NCBI GenBank assembly: GCA_016840095.1
Contig: JAEOSZ010000095.1
Coordinates: 46,060-110,059, forward strand
Source: Candidatus Heimdallarchaeota archaeon
GTDB lineage: Archaea; Asgardarchaeota; Heimdallarchaeia; Heimdallarchaeales; Heimdallarchaeaceae
Reading direction: 5' to 3'
DNA: 64,000 bases
Each line of letters begins with the position of its first letter. The stretch's first letter is position 1. Made by a program: the position numbers and the translations under genes. Positions 39,089 to 48,615 of this stretch are shown piece after piece. The notes under the pieces are model-generated. The model saw only the letters and a program-made list of their open reading frames with translations. It was not told where the DNA came from and made no database searches.

Positions 39089-39481
39089 ATGTCAGAAAAA
39101 CACTTCGAAAAAATGATTAGTTTACTTGAGGACATTAGTAGTAGGTTGAAGAGAATTGAAGACAAATTAGGTGATGAAGTAGCAGTTCAATCTGGTGTTT
39201 CTGCTTTAGATATACTCTCTAAATCTGCTCTTGATTCTGGTATTAAGATAAACAAATCACACATCAAAACCTATTTCACTGTTCAAAAGATTGGTAAAGC
39301 TACTTGTAAAGAAGTCGCAGAAGTTACAGGTAGAGCTTTCAATCTAGAATCTAGATATCTTGTAGCATTATTTAATGAAGGATTTTTAGATAGAGAAAGA
39401 GTCCCAATTCAAAAACCAAGTAAAGATAATCCTGCTGGTCGAGGTACTGAAGTAAGATATTTTGTTAAGGAGAGGAAATAA
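39089..39481 (+). CDS. Coiled-coil plus winged-helix DNA-binding protein
   Basis: ATCKEVAEVTGRAFNLESRYLVALFNEGFLDRER...VRYF. Confidence 0.8.
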   Translation: MSEKHFEKMISLLEDISSRLKRIEDKLGDEVAVQSGVSALDILSKSALDSGIKINKSHIKTYFTVQKIGKATCKEVAEVTGRAFNLESRYLVALFNEGFLDRERVPIQKPSKDNPAGRGTEVRYFVKERK

Positions 39482-40246
39482 ATGAAAACAATTAGTGTAC
39501 ATAGTTATAAAGGTGGAACTGGTAAAACAACCTTTCTACTCAATATTGCTGGGTTACTTGCTAAGGAAGGAGCTAAGACTATTGCAGTTGATTATGATCT
39601 GAGAGCTCCATCTTTTCAATCCTATTTCAAAGTGGAAAATCCATTATATTTGTCAGATTATCTTCTAGAAGGTGCTTCTGAATCTGAAATTATCTTTCCT
39701 TGCATAGCAAGTAATGGTATTAAATTGGATCTAATATTCTCTTCGATGGAATTTCTCAAACAACATTCACAACAAAGGGACAAATTATCAAGAGATGATT
39801 CAAAATATCTAACTAAGCTATTTCAATTGCAAAGTAATTTATCTGAAAAATATGATTATATGTTACTAGATACGATTCCTGGTTTCTTTTACCGTTCGAT
39901 TGATTCAATGATGGTTTCGGATATCATAATTGTAATTGCTACACCCAGTGTTTCGAATATTTTGGGATTGAATGAGTTAACAGATAATATCTATGCTATG
40001 TTGAAAGAAGACACAAAGATGATTTTATTGATTAATAAGATAGATGAAGAAGGAATTGAAGCAGATAAGGAACTTTTTGAAAAAAGTTTATCAACGCTTA
40101 AGAGAATAGGTAAAGAAAAATTCTCTTCTGTGCTTGAAATACCATATTTAAACATTTTGAGCGAAAGAATATACGCATTTGAAGATGAAATTCCAGAAGA
40201 GTTTATGAAAGCAATAAAAGAAATAATGAATCTAATGAAAGGGTAA
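39482..40246 (+). CDS. ParA/MinD family ATPase
   Basis: Deviant Walker A SYKGGTGKTT, VDYD, YMLLDTIPG, LINK. Confidence 0.92.
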   Translation: MKTISVHSYKGGTGKTTFLLNIAGLLAKEGAKTIAVDYDLRAPSFQSYFKVENPLYLSDYLLEGASESEIIFPCIASNGIKLDLIFSSMEFLKQHSQQRDKLSRDDSKYLTKLFQLQSNLSEKYDYMLLDTIPGFFYRSIDSMMVSDIIIVIATPSVSNILGLNELTDNIYAMLKEDTKMILLINKIDEEGIEADKELFEKSLSTLKRIGKEKFSSVLEIPYLNILSERIYAFEDEIPEEFMKAIKEIMNLMKG

Positions 40247-40248
40247 AA

Positions 40249-41622
40249 ATGGCTGAAAGTAAAAAAGCAATTGGAAATGGAGAGCTAGAAAAAATACGCG
40301 ATTATCTTCAAGATTCAAAGAAAAACATAGACCGATTAAAAAAAGGTAAGAAACCTAGAAGAAAATTGCGTTTCGTAATTGCTGAACACAAATTTGCTTT
40401 TACATTGCTTTCTCTCATGCTGATGACAACTCCTTTCATTCCCTTAATGCTTCCAGGAGAACCTCCACCGATTTATCAACCTCCAAACTATGAATCTGTT
40501 GAACTAACTGTAGGTCTAATTGATTCCAATTTTACAGACCAAGATGGTTATCCAGTCTACGAAAAAACAGAAGCAAATACTTCTTCTGAGCTAATAATAT
40601 TGTCTTCTTTGACAAATTCTATGCTTTTACAAGCAGGATATTTACCTGAAAATGAGGAAATATACAGCAAGATTTCACTGATTCAGGACATTCTTATTAA
40701 TAGAACTTTTAGAGACGTTGAAAATCTTGATGAAAACCTAACTATCACCGAACAAATTATTGGATTGTATACTTTAGTTCAAGCTTACTTTTCTCTACAG
40801 GGAACTAACCATTCTTTTAGCTCCTCTATTATTGGTGCTGCTTATGCTACTTTGATTAACAATTATTTTGATTACAATGAAAAATTACTCTTTCAACCTA
40901 CTACTAACAGTAGTTATTTTATTGATCAAGCACTAGTTGTTTGGTTATTAACAACTTATCAGTTAGTGTTTGATGAGGATTATATTTATCATACTGTTTA
41001 TCCTGCTGATTATTATGTTGATTATCTTCTTGACTCAATTTTTCTCAATTTCGTAAATTATACAAACAACATTTTTTACAGTGAATATAATGTTACTTCA
41101 GGTGAAAAAGCTGTTGTAGCTAATTCTTTGGATCTTTCGTTCCTATCTGTTGGATTATCTAGAATTGAGAAACTACGACATTATTATTTCTATTATAGTA
41201 GTTATTATGTCCATCAAAAGGTAGTAAATGATTTTATTGATGAAAACTGGATTGTTCATGAAACGTACAAGAGCGATGATATTCGAGTATTAAAGAATCA
41301 AGCATATTTTGCTCTAAGTTCATATCTGATGAGTTTGAACACTCTCGGATCTGAACTAGTAAACTCTACAAAGCTGAATTATCTGGCTGGAGATGGATTT
41401 TATCAAGATTTAACTGATTATAAAATAACTGCTGAATCATGTTTATATGGACTATTAATTTTCGCAAGTAATGAATGGTCAAAGATACAGATTGAAAGAG
41501 AATATAGAGATGATATACCAACAGAATATACTTATCCTTCACTGTTTTGGAGTCTTCTAGCAACTCTTTTCCTTGCAATAGTGGTGCATAGAAAAACAAA
41601 GAAGAGAAAAAATTCATGGTGA
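40249..41622 (+). CDS. Surface protein with N-terminal TM and C-terminal anchor
   Basis: TM near residue 48-68, helical ectodomain, C-terminal TM plus RKTKKRK; stop codon overlaps the tRNA 3' end. Confidence 0.75.
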   Translation: MAESKKAIGNGELEKIRDYLQDSKKNIDRLKKGKKPRRKLRFVIAEHKFAFTLLSLMLMTTPFIPLMLPGEPPPIYQPPNYESVELTVGLIDSNFTDQDGYPVYEKTEANTSSELIILSSLTNSMLLQAGYLPENEEIYSKISLIQDILINRTFRDVENLDENLTITEQIIGLYTLVQAYFSLQGTNHSFSSSIIGAAYATLINNYFDYNEKLLFQPTTNSSYFIDQALVVWLLTTYQLVFDEDYIYHTVYPADYYVDYLLDSIFLNFVNYTNNIFYSEYNVTSGEKAVVANSLDLSFLSVGLSRIEKLRHYYFYYSSYYVHQKVVNDFIDENWIVHETYKSDDIRVLKNQAYFALSSYLMSLNTLGSELVNSTKLNYLAGDGFYQDLTDYKITAESCLYGLLIFASNEWSKIQIEREYRDDIPTEYTYPSLFWSLLATLFLAIVVHRKTKKRKNSW

Positions 41623-41754
41623 CCAGGAGGGGATTTGAACCCCCGATCACATCCATGATAGCTTGAGGGAAACTTCCTATCAAGTCCCCAAGGATGTATC
41701 ATACCATTCAAGATAGAAGGGCCTCAACCCTTCTATTAGCTTGACTACCTGGTC
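41617..41754 (-). tRNA. tRNA-Pro(GGG) with two introns (31 nt in the D-loop; 30 nt at 37/38), CCA encoded
   Basis: Acceptor stem GACCAGG/CCTGGTC+ACCA; D stem GTCA/TGAT; anticodon stem CATCC/GGATG; T arm GGGGG-TTCAAAT-CCCCT. Introns at 41737-41707 and 41685-41656, each in a BHB-like fold. Mature length 77 nt. Confidence 0.92.
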
Positions 41755-41787
41755 TACCGTTGAGCTATGTTTTGTTTCAAAGATACA

Positions 41788-41802
41788 AATTTAAAGCTTT
41801 TC
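41788..41802 (-). promoter_or_regulatory. BRE/TATA promoter of the tRNA gene
   Basis: Minus strand GAAAAGC-TTTAAATT about 35 nt upstream of G1. Confidence 0.6.
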
Positions 41803-41833
41803 TATCTTAAGACTTTAAGTTCACTAGTAAGAA

Positions 41834-42361
41834 TTAATAATTTCTTGCTATCAAATCTGCAACCAGTTCTAGAGCTTTTGAGTCTTCATCCTTCCAGCTA
41901 ATTTCCTTTTTAACTGTTTCATATCCAATAAAACCTATTGGATTGGAATCTTTTAAGATAGGAACTGCAAGTATGCTTTTTACTCCTTGAAAGTTCATCA
42001 ATTCTATCATTGATTGAGCTTCTTCTGATAATTCGTTAATTGTATCAATTTGAACTACTTTACGTTGTTCAAACAAAACTTGTTTGTAATAGGGAAACAA
42101 GTCCGTTGGAATATTCTGTTGTTCATCTTTAACTGAAGGGATTTTCTTTCTACACCATTCATGAGTGTTACTAGCTATCAAATAGTCATTTTCATCTTTT
42201 TCGAAGAAGTAGATATAAACTCTATCAGCAGTACTAAACCTTCCAAGTTCTTCAATCCAATTATGCATTTTCTGATCTAAAGTAAGTTTCATCATCTCTG
42301 TATTCATAAGTTTGCTAGAGAAACTTCTTAGTTTTTTAGATAGTAAAGAGTTTTTATCCAT
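41834..42361 (-). CDS. Stand-alone GAF domain protein
   Basis: ADRVYIY...SNTHEWC...GVKSILAVPI...IGFIG. Confidence 0.9.
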   Translation of the reverse strand: MDKNSLLSKKLRSFSSKLMNTEMMKLTLDQKMHNWIEELGRFSTADRVYIYFFEKDENDYLIASNTHEWCRKKIPSVKDEQQNIPTDLFPYYKQVLFEQRKVVQIDTINELSEEAQSMIELMNFQGVKSILAVPILKDSNPIGFIGYETVKKEISWKDEDSKALELVADLIARNY

Positions 42362-42472
42362 TAGATGTTCAAAACAACTATACTAATTTTAAATTCTTAA
42401 ATCTTTAGTGGAAACAGAAAATCTAATAATCTTATTAAAATGATTTAAAAATAAGAAAGATTCCATTGAATT

Positions 42473-43213
42473 ATGAAAAATAATAGATTTCTATTACACG
42501 AGTTATCATGGCAAGATATTTCCAAAATAGATAAAGACAAAACAATAATTCTTTTACCAATTGGAAGTACTGAACAACATGGTCCTCAAAATCCAATAGG
42601 AACAGATTTTCTAATAGCTGAACACATTGCTCGAAAAACTGCAGAAATATCACCTCTGACATATTGCTTACCAACAATTCCCATAGGAGTCGCTTCTCAT
42701 CATCGTAATTTTCCAGGGACTCTATGGGTTTCTCATGAAGTGTTTGAGGAATATGTTACTGAAGTCCTAAACTCTTTACATTATCATGGTTTTGATAAGG
42801 TTATAGTTGTAAATGGGCATGGAGGAAATACATCTTCAATATCAAATGCAATATCATATTGTAACGATACTTTGGAAATGACCTGCATTCTCTTTGAATG
42901 GTGGAAAGATCAATCACTAATAGGCTCAATATTTGATGGTCTTTCTTGTGGACATGCTGATGCTGTTGAAACATCAGTTATTTTTGCTGCAAGACCTGAT
43001 TTGGTTCAATCTGATAAGTTTGATTCTCTAACTTCAGCTTCTAAATGGGGAAGAGAAATTGGAGGATTATATCTGTCATCTAGAACAGATCAATTCACTT
43101 CCTCTGGAATTGCAGGATCAGTAGAAGGGATTTCTCAGGAAAAAGGACAAAAACTACTAGAAAAAACTGTTTATCTACTAGAAAAAGCTATAAAAGAGAT
43201 ATCTAAATCATAA
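42473..43213 (+). CDS. Creatininase family amidohydrolase
   Basis: LPIGSTEQHG, GTD, NGHGGN, HADAVETS. Confidence 0.93.
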   Translation: MKNNRFLLHELSWQDISKIDKDKTIILLPIGSTEQHGPQNPIGTDFLIAEHIARKTAEISPLTYCLPTIPIGVASHHRNFPGTLWVSHEVFEEYVTEVLNSLHYHGFDKVIVVNGHGGNTSSISNAISYCNDTLEMTCILFEWWKDQSLIGSIFDGLSCGHADAVETSVIFAARPDLVQSDKFDSLTSASKWGREIGGLYLSSRTDQFTSSGIAGSVEGISQEKGQKLLEKTVYLLEKAIKEISKS

Positions 43214-43275
43214 ATCAGAGAAATGATTTTTAAATCAACAGAGAAAATATTATAAACACCTAAACTATGAAGTGA

Positions 43276-44979
43276 TTGTTCATAATGTCAAATCTAGATT
43301 CATCCAATGAAGCTCTAATCCTACAAAGAATGAGATATGAAGCCTTGGGAACAGCTTTGAATAAATCTTCAAGTATAAGAAGCTTGTTCAAAGTTCTTTT
43401 CGCAACTACACTTATTTTTGGTATCCCAACAGTTATTCTTCTTTCTGACCCATTGAAAGATAATCTTACAATAGTCTTTCAAATGGTTATTTTCGGTTTC
43501 AGAATCCTAATTATAGCAATGGCTCTCCTGCTCTTTTCAAGAATTACACCACATTTGTACACAGCAAAGAACGATTCTGATAAGAAATTAGAAGAAATAG
43601 GATATAAGGATCCGAATACAAATACTAAGGAAGAAAAACTATCAATGACTCGAAATGTGATATTCTCTATCCTGAAGGTAATGGTTTTTACATCAACATT
43701 TTTCGGAATTTTCCTAGCTAGTTCAAGAGATAACTATGGATATATAATTGGACAACAAGCATTGTATTTAGTAGTATTATTCCTAATCATAGTATCTGTA
43801 AAGTTCTGGATATCAAGAAAACCTGATTATTCCCCAAGACTTGGAGGAAGATTAATGATGTTAGTATTTGTTCCAGCACTTGGTTTCTGGGGTTTTGAAA
43901 TTATAATAGGTTTTTTCAGTGTAATAAGTAATTCAAGATTTCATCACAATGTTCTCCAAATCTCTTTTGGTTTGATTTATCCGTTTGCATTTATCTTCTT
44001 ACTAGTTGCAGTTCTTTATACTACTAAGAAAACAATAAGAGAAAAACAAACAATTCAAAAAGCTAAAGAAGCAGATTTTGATAGACGTGCTGGTTTTATT
44101 GAAGAAAAGAATCCATTCAGTAGAATGATATATCGAATGCAGCTTTCCTTTAATAAAATGTTTAGAACTATCACCAGAACAGAACAAAAAGAAAAGAATA
44201 TCGACAAGAAACCTAACCTTCTTATTGTTAGAAGTATGTGGCTTACAATCTTTGTTACTTTCTTTGCATTTGCATTCATAGTTCCTTGGAATATGTTCCC
44301 TCATGATGGAGTTTTACTAGCAGGGGCTGCAATGATTGCTTATCAGTATTCCATGATTAAATATGAAAGAGATGAGATCAATGTAATAGCTGTAGCTGAA
44401 AAGGATGAAACAATTGAACCTCCAGCTATTAGAACAAAAGAACTCCTGACTTCAACTACAAGGTATATTTTGTTACCAACCTTAATCTTCATAGTAGTTC
44501 AATACATATTGAATGGAGTACTAACAGATGGAGTTTTTACCACAGCAAATTTGCAACTCCTTCTTAGCTTTACTTGGTTGACGGCTCTAATCGTCATACC
44601 TTTGTCAATTCATATTATCTATAAGATAACTCAGAATATCAAAGATAATAGAACAAAAGAAAATTCAAGTATGTTTGTCAGAGGATTGCTGTTTATACTT
44701 CTCTTTGAAATAGTTCTCTATGGTACAACAGTTGGTGCACTTGTAGGAGCATTCTATGGGTATCAATTCGAGTTAATTCACTTTATAGCTCTATTACTTC
44801 AAGCAACATTCATAGTAGTTCTAATTATCTTACCAATAGTGTTTCAACTAATAGCTATTAGAATTGATGAGAAAGGATTCAAAATTCTATCAATTTCAAC
44901 CTATGTGCTAATAGGTTTGATAAATATAGGAATCTTTACCGGATTCATTTTGCACATACTACAATTATTCTTTGGATAG
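43276..44979 (+). CDS. Hypothetical polytopic membrane protein
   Basis: About 12-13 hydrophobic segments. Confidence 0.75.
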   Translation: MFIMSNLDSSNEALILQRMRYEALGTALNKSSSIRSLFKVLFATTLIFGIPTVILLSDPLKDNLTIVFQMVIFGFRILIIAMALLLFSRITPHLYTAKNDSDKKLEEIGYKDPNTNTKEEKLSMTRNVIFSILKVMVFTSTFFGIFLASSRDNYGYIIGQQALYLVVLFLIIVSVKFWISRKPDYSPRLGGRLMMLVFVPALGFWGFEIIIGFFSVISNSRFHHNVLQISFGLIYPFAFIFLLVAVLYTTKKTIREKQTIQKAKEADFDRRAGFIEEKNPFSRMIYRMQLSFNKMFRTITRTEQKEKNIDKKPNLLIVRSMWLTIFVTFFAFAFIVPWNMFPHDGVLLAGAAMIAYQYSMIKYERDEINVIAVAEKDETIEPPAIRTKELLTSTTRYILLPTLIFIVVQYILNGVLTDGVFTTANLQLLLSFTWLTALIVIPLSIHIIYKITQNIKDNRTKENSSMFVRGLLFILLFEIVLYGTTVGALVGAFYGYQFELIHFIALLLQATFIVVLIILPIVFQLIAIRIDEKGFKILSISTYVLIGLINIGIFTGFILHILQLFFG

Positions 44980-45000
44980 AACAATCTATCCAATTTTTGT

Positions 45001-45972
45001 TTATTTTATTTCCACATAAGAACTAGATCTCTTTTCAGGTTTGACCATAGAAGAATCTGCATAATAGTGAAATAAACCATCTTTATTGGTAAAAGCTGCA
45101 CATTTGCCGTTTTTATCCAATGAGATTATGTGTAGTACTCCTTCTTCTTTGAGCTGTTTTAGTTCTAAAATTCCCATTTTTGTTGCTTCATCAAGCGGTA
45201 TGTTTCTTTGAACTCTATCAACAACTAAACGAGTTGTAGATAAACGAATTGCTAATTCTCCAGTTCCAGTGCAAGCTGATCCTGCAGTATTTGAGCAATA
45301 TATTCCTGCACCAAATATTGGGGAATCTCCTACTCTTCCAGGAAATTTCATAGCTAATCCTGATGTTGAAACACCAACAGCTAAATTACCTTCCATATCT
45401 AAAGCAATAACATTGGTTGTCCCATGTCTGTCAAAACTTAGTTTTCGATACCATTCTCGAACTGAATAGTCTTCCATAACTTCCTTGAGATGGTCATCAA
45501 ATCTCATAAAAAGTTCTCTGACCAAAGTTTGAGCTTCAAGAGGCATTTCCAGACTTTTTCCTTCCATTATATTGTGGTAATTTCTGATACCTAGTTCATC
45601 AATAATTTGTTCTTCTTGATAACCCAGAGCTCTAGCAAATTTCTCTGCCCCTTCACCTACTAACATTACATGAGGACTGATATCCATAACTTTTCTAGCT
45701 ATAGATATGGGATGACGAAAATTCTTCACAGCCGCTACAGAGCCAGCATTCCTTGTCTTGCCATCCATAATTGAAGCATCTAGTTCAACAATTCCCTGAA
45801 GATTAGGAAAACCATTGAAACCTACTGTTATGTCATAAGGATTGTTTTCAATTAATTTGATACTCTCTTCAACTGCATCTAAAGCAGTACCTCCTTCTTG
45901 CAGAATTTTCAATCCGGTTGGTAAGCCTATGTCTGAATTACGAGTACCACAAATTGCATAATCATGATTCAT
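45001..45972 (-). CDS. Isoaspartyl peptidase / glycosylasparaginase (Ntn hydrolase)
   Basis: ELDASIMDG, HGT autocleavage site, STSG, GRVGDSP, TGTGE. Confidence 0.9.
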   Translation of the reverse strand: MNHDYAICGTRNSDIGLPTGLKILQEGGTALDAVEESIKLIENNPYDITVGFNGFPNLQGIVELDASIMDGKTRNAGSVAAVKNFRHPISIARKVMDISPHVMLVGEGAEKFARALGYQEEQIIDELGIRNYHNIMEGKSLEMPLEAQTLVRELFMRFDDHLKEVMEDYSVREWYRKLSFDRHGTTNVIALDMEGNLAVGVSTSGLAMKFPGRVGDSPIFGAGIYCSNTAGSACTGTGELAIRLSTTRLVVDRVQRNIPLDEATKMGILELKQLKEEGVLHIISLDKNGKCAAFTNKDGLFHYYADSSMVKPEKRSSSYVEIK

Positions 45973-46104
45973 TAATTGTTAAAAATAAAAAGGAAATAAA
46001 AATACATCTGTTGAGTTATGTATGTTGATTATCAAAATTCCAAGAAAAAAGATAATATTCTAAAAACATAATTTTAAGAACGATAGAGATTCTTCTAACA
46101 CAAC

Positions 46105-46884
46105 ATGTCAGATTTAATTGTAGAAACACATCAATTGTCTAAGCAGTTTAAATTTCTTCTAGCTGTTGATGGAGTGAATCTGAAGATACAACGAGGTAAG
46201 ATTTATGCTTTACTTGGACCAAACGGGGCAGGTAAGACAACTACTATTAGAATGCTATTAGGTCTTCTGAAACCCACTTTTGGAAGCATCAATGTTAATG
46301 GAATTGATGTGGTTTCAGATCCGAAAGCTATCAGAGGAAAGATCGGACTATTACCTCAATTTTCCGCAGCATACTATGATTTAACACCTATGCAGAATAT
46401 CCAATTCATTTTGGAAATGAATGGTCTTTCATATGAAGAAGTTAGTCAAACATTAGGAAACTATTTTCATACTCTGAATATAACACATGAGCTTCTGAAT
46501 AAACCGTTTTCTAAACTGTCTGGAGGCGAACAAAGATCAATTAGCTTTATTATGGCTATAATAACAAACAAGGAGTTTTTGGTGCTTGACGAACCCACTT
46601 CTGGTCTCGATATAGCTCGAGCTAAATACATTAGATCTATTATTAAGAAAATTGTAGAAGAAGAGGGTAAAACCATTCTTCTATCTTCTCATATTGTTTC
46701 AGATTTGGAAGAACTTGCTGATTATTGTGGGATTCTTAAACAAGGGAAATTAATCTTCCAAGGAAAGAAAGAGGAAATTATAAACGCATATGCTCCTGAT
46801 ACTCAGGTATTTGAAGATGCTATAATTAAAGCATTTGAAACACCAATAGCTAGTTCTCAAGTTAGAAAGGAGGGAACTTTATGA
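46105..46884 (+). CDS. ABC transporter ATP-binding protein
   Basis: GPNGAGKTT, LSGGE, LDEPTSGLD, SSH. Confidence 0.95.
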   Translation: MSDLIVETHQLSKQFKFLLAVDGVNLKIQRGKIYALLGPNGAGKTTTIRMLLGLLKPTFGSINVNGIDVVSDPKAIRGKIGLLPQFSAAYYDLTPMQNIQFILEMNGLSYEEVSQTLGNYFHTLNITHELLNKPFSKLSGGEQRSISFIMAIITNKEFLVLDEPTSGLDIARAKYIRSIIKKIVEEEGKTILLSSHIVSDLEELADYCGILKQGKLIFQGKKEEIINAYAPDTQVFEDAIIKAFETPIASSQVRKEGTL

Positions 46885-48080
46885 GCAAAGAAAAGGGTAT
46901 AAGTCAGCTCAAAACATTGCTGAAAAAAGATTTGAGATTATTATTCAGAAAACGAGTTGCTATTTTTGTATTTGGAGGACCTTTTATTATGATGTTTTTA
47001 CTGATCGGATTACCATCTCTCTTCAGTTCCCAGCAGACATCTTCCCTTCTAATCTGTAGTGATGATTTGGGTTATTCTTCAACAAATATCGGAGATTCGA
47101 TAATAGGCAATATATCTTATTATTTCTTATCTGAATCTACAATAGATGTGGAAGAAGTTGCTAATTTATCTGCTGTAACCTATACTTCTGATTTCGGTTT
47201 ATATATACCTTCTAACTTTTCTGAATTAGCTTACACTGATCTACCAACGTATTATATTGTGGATGCAACACAATCACTTTTCTCAGAAAGTATCTTCACA
47301 ACAATTAGAAGTATTGCAAACAGTGTGATTGCTACTACTCTTGCCAACAGGACCATTCCGCCCATAAACCAAGGTGAGATTGCTCCTGCTTCAATACCTG
47401 AAGAACTACTTTTAGGACCAAAAGCTGCTTCTGTTGCTTTACCTCTAAGTTATATGATTTTTCTTTTAATAGCACTAAATTCTGGTTCTTATACAAGTAT
47501 TGGTTTTGCTAGAGAAAAACGAATGAGAACTATGGAAGTTCTTCTAGCTTACACTCATCGACATCGTAATCTAGTAATTTCAAAAACAATTACTGGTTTA
47601 GTAGCTTCATTAGGGTCAACCTTATCTTATGTACTTGGTATCCTTGCAGCTACACAAATTTCTGGAGCAAGTTTTAACAGTATCTTTGAGATATTTGGGT
47701 TAAATTTAGGACTGCTGCATGCTGGTGATATAATAGTTTTATTCCTTTTTTCAGTATTGGCATTACTTATTTCTCTATTGATTACTATGGCTATAGACAG
47801 CAATTTAGTGAGAGAAGCTTCAGAGAGAATATCTCCTTTAGTATCTATTGGATTAGCAATGTTTTTCTACTTTAGTGCAGTATCAAGCCCTCTAAGTGCA
47901 TCTAATGCTTCAATGATTAATCCATTTTTCTGGTGTTATAGGTCAAGTCTACTAATAATATCTGGGAAATTTAGTGCAGAAGTTATAATTTATCCATTGT
48001 TGATTATTTCTCTAATAACAGTATTAATTTTCTTTTCCACTAAAGGTATACAAAAGGAAAAAACACTGTATCTAGAATAA
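46881..48080 (+). CDS. ABC-2 type permease
   Basis: REKRMRTMEVLL motif; N-terminal TM plus C-terminal TMs; ATGA overlap with the ATPase gene. Confidence 0.88.
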   Translation: MSKEKGISQLKTLLKKDLRLLFRKRVAIFVFGGPFIMMFLLIGLPSLFSSQQTSSLLICSDDLGYSSTNIGDSIIGNISYYFLSESTIDVEEVANLSAVTYTSDFGLYIPSNFSELAYTDLPTYYIVDATQSLFSESIFTTIRSIANSVIATTLANRTIPPINQGEIAPASIPEELLLGPKAASVALPLSYMIFLLIALNSGSYTSIGFAREKRMRTMEVLLAYTHRHRNLVISKTITGLVASLGSTLSYVLGILAATQISGASFNSIFEIFGLNLGLLHAGDIIVLFLFSVLALLISLLITMAIDSNLVREASERISPLVSIGLAMFFYFSAVSSPLSASNASMINPFFWCYRSSLLIISGKFSAEVIIYPLLIISLITVLIFFSTKGIQKEKTLYLE

Positions 48081-48109
48081 AAGAATTCTTTCTTCTTTTT
48101 TCTTACTTT

Positions 48110-48592
48110 TTATGTGATTTTATCAATTCCTAACCAGATTAAAACCAAAATAACATCTATTGCAGTTGCTATGAGAAAACCAATAAACGTAAATAGAAGA
48201 GAATACAAAATTTGATGTCTGAAGTGCTTTAGAGTCTCTAATGATTTATCACTTGATTCAGGTATATTCTTCAGTTTTCTATATCTGATCCCATAAACAG
48301 TAAAAATACTAGCCATAATGATGTTGAAAAGAATTACAAAAATATCAACTGATCGAATCTGTATGAAAGTGGAAGTCCAGAACCCATAAATGGCAGCCAT
48401 TGCAAAGAAAGGTACTCCGATAAAATAAGGTATAATGAACCGGTTGTTAATCTCTTCCCAAAAGGAAACTACATCCTCACCACATCTTGGACAAATATAA
48501 TCCTGCTCAACTGTTTTTTTTGTGGCAAATTGAGGAAAAAAAGCTGCTTTTTTGCATTTGACACAATAATGAGTCCTATGAACAAATTTCAT
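48110..48592 (-). CDS. Zinc-ribbon plus 3-TM membrane protein
   Basis: CVKC...CPRC followed by TMs. Confidence 0.7.
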   Translation of the reverse strand: MKFVHRTHYCVKCKKAAFFPQFATKKTVEQDYICPRCGEDVVSFWEEINNRFIIPYFIGVPFFAMAAIYGFWTSTFIQIRSVDIFVILFNIIMASIFTVYGIRYRKLKNIPESSDKSLETLKHFRHQILYSLLFTFIGFLIATAIDVILVLIWLGIDKIT

Positions 48593-48615
48593 ACCCTCAA
48601 ATAGGTAAGGTCATT

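Noticed and set aside
35581-41622. Integrated element at the tRNA-Pro 3' end
   Set aside because: No integrase, no duplicated tRNA 3' segment noticed, and no compositional shift.
41366-41683. 105-aa minus-strand ORF
   Set aside because: Starts inside the tRNA intron and runs antisense to a real gene.
41686-41691. Reading the tRNA anticodon as TGG
   Set aside because: D-stem register, A26 and BHB geometry all fit GGG with a 5-nt variable loop.
42404-42420. Mini-ORB-like TTTAGTGGAAACAGAAA
   Set aside because: Single, imperfect copy in a short divergent promoter 7 kb from cdc6.
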